Assembly: GCA_016217965.1 (NCBI GenBank)
Contig: JACRFI010000016.1
Location: 1,837-65,836, forward strand
DNA from: Candidatus Kaiserbacteria bacterium
GTDB lineage: Bacteria; Patescibacteriota; Minisyncoccia; Phycocordibacterales; UBA2100
Direction of reading: 5' to 3'
Length of the DNA: 64,000 nucleotides
Shown here: piece by piece, positions 57,158-64,000 of the stretch
Layout: every line of letters starts with the position of its first letter
Position numbering within the stretch: the first letter of the stretch is position 1
Program-made: the position numbers and the translations under genes
Notes under the pieces: generated by a model
Told to the model about the DNA's origin: nothing
Seen by the model: the letters and a program-made list of their open reading frames with translations, nothing else
Databases searched by the model: none

Positions 57158-58624
57158 ATGCGTGAAATGCGTGTTCTGACGAGTGTGCTTGTTGTCTTGT
57201 TCGCTGGCATTGTTCTTGGGTGTACGACATTTACGTCCTGGCTTTGGCCCATCGCGCCTCTTTCCATAGCTTTGCTTCTCTACCTTCTTGCCGGCTCCGA
57301 GCGCGTTAATGCATTCTGGCTCGGACAAAGTTTTGGGTTTGGCGTTTTGGGAGCCTCATTTTTCTGGGGATTTGACGCATTACCCCTGGATTGGCTCGGC
57401 ATAACACAACCTCTCATTGGTTTTTTGATCGTAGGATTCTTATGGTTTTTTTATTCGTTTGTTATCGGATCCTCGATCGGCTTTTTTGCGCTTTGTATCT
57501 TGCCTCTTGCACGAAGCTTCTGGCTTCTTGCGGCTGCACCTGTCTTGTGGGTGGCCTTCGAATTTTTGCGCGCATTTGCATACTCCGCCATATCCTGGGG
57601 GCCAGGATCCGTGCTAGGCGTGGACTTCTCCGTCGGTTTTGCCGGATATGCAGCCGCTTGGTCAAGCGGCTTATTATGGTTTTCAAAATTTGGTGGTGTG
57701 GCAGCCTTGAGCGCGACAGTTGTAGTGATTGCATCCACCTTGTCCCTGCTATCGACGGGTGCCACTTCGCACAAGCGCGTAGCAACGATCTGGGTGCTGT
57801 TTGTTGCCTTTTGTTTTATCGCATGGATCGTGCCCAGTCCCATTATACTCGTCATGAACCCCGGGTTGGTCACGGTGAATGGGCTTCGCATTGTCCCCGT
57901 GTCTACACATATCAAACCAGCGATCATTATTTCTCCAGAAAAGCGCAGGACTGACTCAACTGCAATCGCGAATGCTCTTCGGCAAGCGCTGGAACAGAGG
58001 CCGGATATCGTCATCTTGCCGGAATATGCGCGCTACGTGCGCAGAGAGGGGCAGATACCGGAGGCATTAGCAGCGGATATACGGAAGAGCCTCAAAGAGA
58101 CAAAAACTCTGGTCGTTGATTCAGAGCCAGGATACCAGAATCTGAATGGTGGACATCCATCGATCATCCTCATCGATGGCGAATCAGGCGAAGTACTCAA
58201 AAGGCAACACAAACGGTATCTCATCCCGCTTGGAGAATTTCTCCCGTACTTTGTCGAGAGAGCGTTGCGCTTGTTTGGCCTCGGTCCCACTATTGATGTC
58301 GTTCGAGAAAATAGGACGTATGCTCCCTCACTCGAATCGTATGCGTCCCGCGTTGTCGAGTGGCATGGTATCAAATTCGCGGCACTTCTTTGCTCGGAAT
58401 CGTTCTCCCCGTTCGGATACCGAAGCGTATCGGATGGCGGCGCAGACGTGCTCATCAATCTCGCATCGCATGCATTCTTTAGAGAACGATCAAGCATTAT
58501 CTTTGGCGAGACGCTCGCGATGGCCCTCGTTCATTCTGCATTTACCGGGAAAGTATATGTGCAAGCAACTAACTACGGCCCGTCGCTTGCCATATATCCG
58601 CGTGGCAAAGTGCCCGCGCCCTGA
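57158..58624 (+). CDS. lnt: apolipoprotein N-acyltransferase-like protein
   Basis: Multi-TM N-terminus, WVAFEFLR; nitrilase triad LPEY / KRYLIPLGEFLP / LLCSES; VQATNYGPS. Confidence 0.8.
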   Translation: MREMRVLTSVLVVLFAGIVLGCTTFTSWLWPIAPLSIALLLYLLAGSERVNAFWLGQSFGFGVLGASFFWGFDALPLDWLGITQPLIGFLIVGFLWFFYSFVIGSSIGFFALCILPLARSFWLLAAAPVLWVAFEFLRAFAYSAISWGPGSVLGVDFSVGFAGYAAAWSSGLLWFSKFGGVAALSATVVVIASTLSLLSTGATSHKRVATIWVLFVAFCFIAWIVPSPIILVMNPGLVTVNGLRIVPVSTHIKPAIIISPEKRRTDSTAIANALRQALEQRPDIVILPEYARYVRREGQIPEALAADIRKSLKETKTLVVDSEPGYQNLNGGHPSIILIDGESGEVLKRQHKRYLIPLGEFLPYFVERALRLFGLGPTIDVVRENRTYAPSLESYASRVVEWHGIKFAALLCSESFSPFGYRSVSDGGADVLINLASHAFFRERSSIIFGETLAMALVHSAFTGKVYVQATNYGPSLAIYPRGKVPAP

Positions 58625-58668
58625 TCGCGGCTCGTGACAGCGCAGGGCGCATTGCATACACTGGCAGG

Positions 58669-60489
58669 GTGAAGTGCGCAGATTACATAGCTGAGTTTCT
58701 CGCGAAGCGAGGGTTTAAAGATGTTTTCGCAGTTACTGGTGGGGCCATCGCGCACACTATTGATGCCATCGGCAGAAGATCGGCCTCACGCGGTGATGTT
58801 TCCTACACCTGTGTCGTACACGAACAAGCAGGAGCGATGGCGGCTGAAGCGTACTCGCGGCTTTCGCAGGGTATAGGAGTGGTGATGGCCACGAGCGGGC
58901 CAGGCGCGACAAACCTCATTACCGGCATCTGTGGAAGCTGGTTTGACTCAATACCGGCGCTTTTCATTACTGGGCAAGTTGGTAGAAGAGAATCAGTTGC
59001 TGCTTCAGATGCAAATCCGCGCCAAGTCGGATTTCAAGAAACTGATATTATTTCAATTGCGAAGCCTGTGACGAAGTACGCACGCGCTGTCGAATATCCT
59101 GAAGATATACGATATGTCCTGGAAGAAGCGATTTATATCGCGAGAAGCGGCCGACCGGGCCCCGTGCTCGTCGATATCCCGATAGATGTGCAGATGGCAA
59201 ACATCGAACCTTCCAAACTCAAAAGTTTCTCCCCAAAGGATACGCCGAAATTACATCCTTCCGCTACGGTGTTCAAAAAGAAAGTAAAGAGGATAGTTGC
59301 GTTACTTGCACAAGCGAAGCGGCCAGTGATTCTTCTTGGCGGAGGTGTCCGTATTGCGGGTGCAGAGAATGCGGCGCGAGATCTTTCCCTCCGGATAGGC
59401 GCGCCCGTTGTTTTGTCATGGAGTGGTTTCGATCTCCTGCCAGATAATTTTCCCTTGCTCGTAGGGCATGTGGGCATCTATGGCAGTCGCGGCGCGAACT
59501 TCACGGTACAAAACGCCGATCTCGTCCTTTCGATTGGTTCGCGGCTCGATACGAGGCAAACCGGCTCACGTCCGGAGTCTTTTGCGCGCGCGGCGAAGAT
59601 TGTTATGGTCGATATTGATGCGAATGAGATAAAAAAAGGAAGAGGGCTTTCGGTGGACGTCGGGGTTGTTGCCGAGGCGGGAGCGTTCATAAAAGAGCTC
59701 AGATCTCGGCTCCCAAAAAGATCCCCACGGCGTGACGATTGGTTTTTGCATGTACGGGCGTGGCAAGAATATCGCTATCCCGAGAGCTTATGTTCCAAAC
59801 GGGACAATCCGATGAGCGCGTATCCTGCCCTGCGCGCGTTGTCCGACTCACTCGCCAAGAATGATGTCGTTATTGCCGACGAGGGCGGAAATCTTGTGTG
59901 GACGATGCAGTCGTTTCGGATCAAAGACGGACAGCGGCTCATCTCGACCTTCGGCAATTCTCCGATGGGGTACGCGCTTCCCGCCGCAATCGGTGCGGCG
60001 CGCGCTCTTCCAGGGAAACGCATCGTTTGCATCGACGGTGACGGCGGATTCCAGCTCAACATCCAGGAATTACAGACAATTAGGTATTACGATCTGCCGA
60101 TTAAGATCTTCATCATCAATAATGAGAGCATGGGAATCATCAAGCAATTCCAAGAGCAGTATTTTGACGGAAGATTCCATGCCTCTTCTCCTGATCATGG
60201 CTATCGTGCTCCTGATTTCGTGAAGATAGCGAGGGCATATGGCATTCCTGCGCTACGAGCGCGCCGATTATCAGAAATCAAAGCCGTTATCCGAAAGGCG
60301 CTTGCGCAAAAAGGGCCAGTCTTGGTAGATGTGCGGGTTGATGAGAAACAAGAATTGCTGCCGAAAGTCGAATTCGGGCGCCCTATCGAAGACATGTCGC
60401 CGTATCTTGATCGAGACGTGCTGAAAAAACTAATGCTCATCGATCTACTGCCCGAATCAAAAGATATTCCGAGAAAAAAGCCTCGGTAG
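58669..60489 (+). CDS. thiamine-pyrophosphate-dependent enzyme (acetolactate synthase-like, polysaccharide-locus type)
   Basis: HEQAGAMAAEAYSR, TSGPGATN, GRPGPVLVDIP, GDGGFQLNIQEL...NN. Confidence 0.88.
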   Translation: MKCADYIAEFLAKRGFKDVFAVTGGAIAHTIDAIGRRSASRGDVSYTCVVHEQAGAMAAEAYSRLSQGIGVVMATSGPGATNLITGICGSWFDSIPALFITGQVGRRESVAASDANPRQVGFQETDIISIAKPVTKYARAVEYPEDIRYVLEEAIYIARSGRPGPVLVDIPIDVQMANIEPSKLKSFSPKDTPKLHPSATVFKKKVKRIVALLAQAKRPVILLGGGVRIAGAENAARDLSLRIGAPVVLSWSGFDLLPDNFPLLVGHVGIYGSRGANFTVQNADLVLSIGSRLDTRQTGSRPESFARAAKIVMVDIDANEIKKGRGLSVDVGVVAEAGAFIKELRSRLPKRSPRRDDWFLHVRAWQEYRYPESLCSKRDNPMSAYPALRALSDSLAKNDVVIADEGGNLVWTMQSFRIKDGQRLISTFGNSPMGYALPAAIGAARALPGKRIVCIDGDGGFQLNIQELQTIRYYDLPIKIFIINNESMGIIKQFQEQYFDGRFHASSPDHGYRAPDFVKIARAYGIPALRARRLSEIKAVIRKALAQKGPVLVDVRVDEKQELLPKVEFGRPIEDMSPYLDRDVLKKLMLIDLLPESKDIPRKKPR

Positions 60490-60509
60490 GCCTTCCGCGG
60501 CCTCGACGC

Positions 60510-61454
60510 ATGAAAAAGATATTGATAACAGGGGCGAGCGGATTTATTGGCTCTCATCTAGCGCGCACCCTCTCAAGGCGTGATCGCGTGCATGTGTGGC
60601 TACGCCCGACATCGAATACATGGAGGCTGCGGGACGTGCTTTCGAATGTTCGTGTTCACTACGTAGACATTACCGATTCGGCGGCGGTCTGGTCCTCGAT
60701 AGGTGAGGTTAAGCCCGACGTGATATATCACACGGCGAATGTCGGCGTGTATGCTGGAATTCCAACGTCTTCCTTAATGGATGCGGTAAATAGGGTCGGG
60801 TTTACGAACCTCATAGAAGCGGCATCTGCTACTTCGTGTTCAGCGTTCATCAACATTGGCAGCGTGTCAGAATATGGCCCAAAGAATACACCGATGTCGG
60901 AAGATGATGTCTGTGAGCCGGTGACCGAATACGGCCGTTCAAAATTGGCTGCGACGCTAGCAGCAGTGCAGTTGGGGGAAAGCGGATTTCCGATTGCTAC
61001 ATTTCGGCTTTTTTCTCCCTATGGTCCCTTTGATGACGAACGCCGCATCATCGCAAAAACGATACTCTCCATTGCCTCCGGTACTATGATGTGGCTTCCT
61101 TCGGAGCGCTTAGTTCGTGATTATCTTTTTGTGGAAGATGCGATTGATTTCCTTGCAGAAGTCTCAGGCCATATCAAATATCACGCTGGAGAAATATTTA
61201 ACTTGTCTGGTGGAGCGGAGATAAGAGCCATTGATGTAATGCGGGAGATCGCGAGAGAAATGGGAAAGGAGATTTCGTGGCCTAAAAAAGATGTGCCCCT
61301 CGAGGCGGAATCACCTACAGTTCAGGCGGATATGTCCAAGACCTTTAGCGCCTTTCCGTGGCGTCCCAAAGTGCCGCTTGAAACTGGCATCACAAAGACG
61401 ATTGATTGGTTCGTTCGGGAATATCCGGCGATTCGGCCCGCGCATTCGCGTTGA
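60510..61454 (+). CDS. NAD-dependent sugar epimerase/dehydratase
   Basis: ITGASGFIG, YGRSK, RLFSPYGP, RDYLFVED. Confidence 0.9.
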   Translation: MKKILITGASGFIGSHLARTLSRRDRVHVWLRPTSNTWRLRDVLSNVRVHYVDITDSAAVWSSIGEVKPDVIYHTANVGVYAGIPTSSLMDAVNRVGFTNLIEAASATSCSAFINIGSVSEYGPKNTPMSEDDVCEPVTEYGRSKLAATLAAVQLGESGFPIATFRLFSPYGPFDDERRIIAKTILSIASGTMMWLPSERLVRDYLFVEDAIDFLAEVSGHIKYHAGEIFNLSGGAEIRAIDVMREIAREMGKEISWPKKDVPLEAESPTVQADMSKTFSAFPWRPKVPLETGITKTIDWFVREYPAIRPAHSR

Positions 61455-61481
61455 TGCCCGTCGTTATGCTACCTTTCCCAC

Positions 61482-62198
61482 ATGAAAAGAAAAGTAGGAG
61501 CGGTTATCCTTGCTGCAGGCCTCGGCTCGCGAATCGGAAAGAACTTACCGAAGCAGTTTTTGGAGATCGGCGGCAAAGAAATCTACATCTATTCTGTTGA
61601 AACATTCCTCGCTCACGAGGATATATCGAATGTGGTCGTTGTCGCGCCGCCTGCGAAATTGGGCCACGTGCGGCATACGATGTTGAAGTCATTCGGCGCA
61701 AAGGCTCGGCTGCGGGTTGTCGCGGGCGGCGCGACAAGGCGTGCATCATGCCTTGCAGGCATTCGCGCGATGGATCGCACTTTACGCGGCAATGATCTTG
61801 TTGTTTTTCACGATGCTGTCCGTCCGTTTATGACGGAGAGGCACCTTTCTGTTGTGATCAGAGCAGCTGCGAAACACGGCAGTGCCATCATCGGTACGAA
61901 GCCGCCAGAATTACTGGTCGTGGTCGAGGGCGGGCGCGTTACGCACTCAACGCACAGGAAGATACCGTATTTCTTATACCAAACTCCTGAATGTTTTCAT
62001 TTCCGCGCAATCCGCGATGCGCACGCGCGCATGCCATCCGGCGTCGATGCGACGAATCTCGAACTGATGCTACACGCTGGAAAGACGGTCCCATTTGTTT
62101 TGATTGATGATTTCAATACAAAACTGACATACGCAGGAGACATTCCCGTGTTTCGGACTTTGCTTCGGGGCCAGAAAGGACTCAGAGCCGCTTCATGA
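61482..62198 (+). CDS. IspD/TarI family cytidylyltransferase
   Basis: ILAAGLGSRIG...PKQFL, GGATRRAS, HDAVRPF, QTPECF, NTKLTY. Confidence 0.85.
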   Translation: MKRKVGAVILAAGLGSRIGKNLPKQFLEIGGKEIYIYSVETFLAHEDISNVVVVAPPAKLGHVRHTMLKSFGAKARLRVVAGGATRRASCLAGIRAMDRTLRGNDLVVFHDAVRPFMTERHLSVVIRAAAKHGSAIIGTKPPELLVVVEGGRVTHSTHRKIPYFLYQTPECFHFRAIRDAHARMPSGVDATNLELMLHAGKTVPFVLIDDFNTKLTYAGDIPVFRTLLRGQKGLRAAS

Positions 62199-62559
62199 AC
62201 TCTTCTGGGGTGGCTAGCACTTCGCGAAACAGCACATGGCGGCAAATTTCGTCGTCCTCCGAGAGAGCATAAAGTGGTTTTCCTGATGCAACCGCGAAGC
62301 CAATTTCTAGGGTGGTGCTGTTTCCGCAGTATCTGTCCTTGTTGTACACGAACACAACATCGGCAACACGGATCTTGTAAAAATGATCATGCGTGAGCCC
62401 CAGAGCCACGAACTTCTTTTCATCGCTTGATAAATGTTTCGCCTCGTTATCGTAGAGGTATGGCTCATGGACGACGGCGCCTAAGTCTTTGAGGCGTTTT
62501 GCGAATGCGCGTATTTCCTGTTTGAAGCGGCGGCTGCCGCAGATCGCGACTGATTTCAT
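62182..62559 (-). CDS. nucleoside 2-deoxyribosyltransferase-like protein
   Basis: VAICGSRRF, KIRVADVVFVYNKDRYCGNSTTLEIGFAVASGKP. Confidence 0.7.
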   Translation of the reverse strand: MKSVAICGSRRFKQEIRAFAKRLKDLGAVVHEPYLYDNEAKHLSSDEKKFVALGLTHDHFYKIRVADVVFVYNKDRYCGNSTTLEIGFAVASGKPLYALSEDDEICRHVLFREVLATPEEFMKRL

Positions 62560-62630
62560 CGCACCACTGTACAATATTTTCTGCGCAGGCGTAATTGTGC
62601 ACGGCTCATAGTGTGATGTAATTGCGTTAC

Positions 62631-64000
62631 ATGGATTCGAACAATAATCGTGTGTACGATGGAAAACCGAATCCGCATGCACGTATCGGCTTCGTTGTAT
62701 TCTATCCGTTTCATTTCTACGTATATAAGAACATTTTTGCCAAACTCCGAGACGAAGCCGAATTCATAGTTGATCTCGGGGCTTATCGTCCGATGCGGCA
62801 GCCTCCTCAGCTACTGCACGACATTTGTCAGCTTCTCGACATGCATGACGTGCCGTATCGTATCCTGAACCACGACGATTATTTCTTCTCGAATTATCTT
62901 TCTAGTTTCTTCAAGCAATACGAAGCATTGGTCGGCGTGTGGGAGAGGGGCTGTATGTCAATCAAGGAAACGAGCAGGATAAAGAAGATTGATGTCGCTT
63001 ACGGCGCAGGCAAAGAGCTTACGATGGCGCGGCCTTCGCTCAGCATCTTCGATCTTGTCCTCGCGTTTGGTCCTCGTGATGCGAAACTTTGTTCGCATCA
63101 GACGAATGTTGCGATAGTGGGGAATTCAAAGTTCGACGATTGGTTCACCGGCACGGTTGATATCGGGGTGGCGAAGGATATCGCATCCCGCCTTCATCCT
63201 GAGAAGAAAACTGTTCTCTATCTTCCCACACACGGGGATTTATCATCTATTGATCTTCTGGCGCGCGATCTCATATCTCTTTCGCGCGAATATAACGTCA
63301 TCGTGAAAATGCACTATTTCACTCCGAGGGAAGAGCCAGAGCGCGTGAAGCTCCTTACACATAATTCAATCATTCTGTGCGCCGATGATACGGATCTTCT
63401 CCCGCTCTTAAAGCTTGCGGACGTGGTCGTAAGCGATAATTCGAGCGCGATATTCGACGCAATCCTAGCGGATAAGCCGCTCGTGGTGGCAGATTTCTGG
63501 GACGAACGGTATCTCGATGAGGTGCACAGAGAGCCAACGCTTTTACGCCGCGGACCGCAAGGGGCATTAACGTACTCACAGAGTATTGAGCAAGTTATCA
63601 AGCGCGAAGGAAAAGTGATAACGCTTAGGAAACGCGATTCTCTGAAGGAAAAAATTGCAGAGGCGCTTAGGGACGAGGAGAGGTACAAAAGTGCGCGCGC
63701 AGAAATTCGACAGAGCACATTCGCATTCAATGACGGAAGGTGCGCAGAGCGCGCTGCGAAAGCGATTGTTAGCTTCCTTGTGGATGTATCGGCAACTCAG
63801 CGTCCCATCATGTTCCATGTGTTCGAGTCTTTTAAGCGCCGCATCGGAATACTGTCGTATGCGAAAGAACGGGAGTTGAATAGGAAGGTAGCAGAATACC
63901 AAGCGTTTCTCTCTAAGAGTGAAGTTGAAAACGGCGAGGGCGTACTTTTCAGCATCATTCTCTTTGGAGATTTGCGCGGCTCAGGCCTCCTTTCGCTGCG
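62631..64000 (+). CDS. CDP-glycerol glycerophosphotransferase (TagF/TagB-like), runs off the window end
   Basis: Not in the ORF track because it has no stop in the window. Reads MDSNNNRV...VGNSKFD...KKTVLYLPTH...IVKMH...LADVVVSDNSSAIFDAILADKPLV. Confidence 0.8.
   Translation, partial: MDSNNNRVYDGKPNPHARIGFVVFYPFHFYVYKNIFAKLRDEAEFIVDLGAYRPMRQPPQLLHDICQLLDMHDVPYRILNHDDYFFSNYLSSFFKQYEALVGVWERGCMSIKETSRIKKIDVAYGAGKELTMARPSLSIFDLVLAFGPRDAKLCSHQTNVAIVGNSKFDDWFTGTVDIGVAKDIASRLHPEKKTVLYLPTHGDLSSIDLLARDLISLSREYNVIVKMHYFTPREEPERVKLLTHNSIILCADDTDLLPLLKLADVVVSDNSSAIFDAILADKPLVVADFWDERYLDEVHREPTLLRRGPQGALTYSQSIEQVIKREGKVITLRKRDSLKEKIAEALRDEERYKSARAEIRQSTFAFNDGRCAERAAKAIVSFLVDVSATQRPIMFHVFESFKRRIGILSYAKERELNRKVAEYQAFLSKSEVENGEGVLFSIILFGDLRGSGLLSL

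Overview
Bacterial chromosomal window using genetic code 11. It is most likely a Patescibacteria/CPR (Parcubacteria-like) genome; this is inferred from a short trigger factor lacking the FKBP domain, type IV pilus genes, split ComEC, many peptidoglycan-binding surface proteins and near absence of Shine-Dalgarno motifs. Core genes present: tig, ppa, nusA, pilB/pilC/minor pilins, tpiA-pgk, HIT, recJ, rnhA, mscL, comEC (two parts), sod, rpmB, site-2 protease, rpsL-rpsG-fusA...tuf...rpsJ. The window ends in a surface-polysaccharide locus. The most striking feature is the str/S10 region, which is split by cargo. Downstream of fusA there are four extra, synonymously diverged and partly decayed copies of the fusA 3' end, each heading a cargo block (Fic, PG-binding surface proteins, Phd-RelE). 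The newest block is bounded by a perfect 55-bp direct repeat. rpsJ shows the same architecture (44-bp perfect core; AbiEii/SWIM cargo), and rnhA has a 5' remnant. No integrase is present in the window, which suggests an integrase-independent cassette-array system anchored on essential-gene tails (inference). Other signals: a highly base-paired ~270-nt putative ncRNA, a conserved hairpin-promoter motif ahead of PG-binding genes, heptamer tandem arrays at start codons, short palindromic elements inserted in-frame, a GNAT-prepilin fusion, and pervasive leaderless-type promoters. All calls are by eye; no database searches were run.
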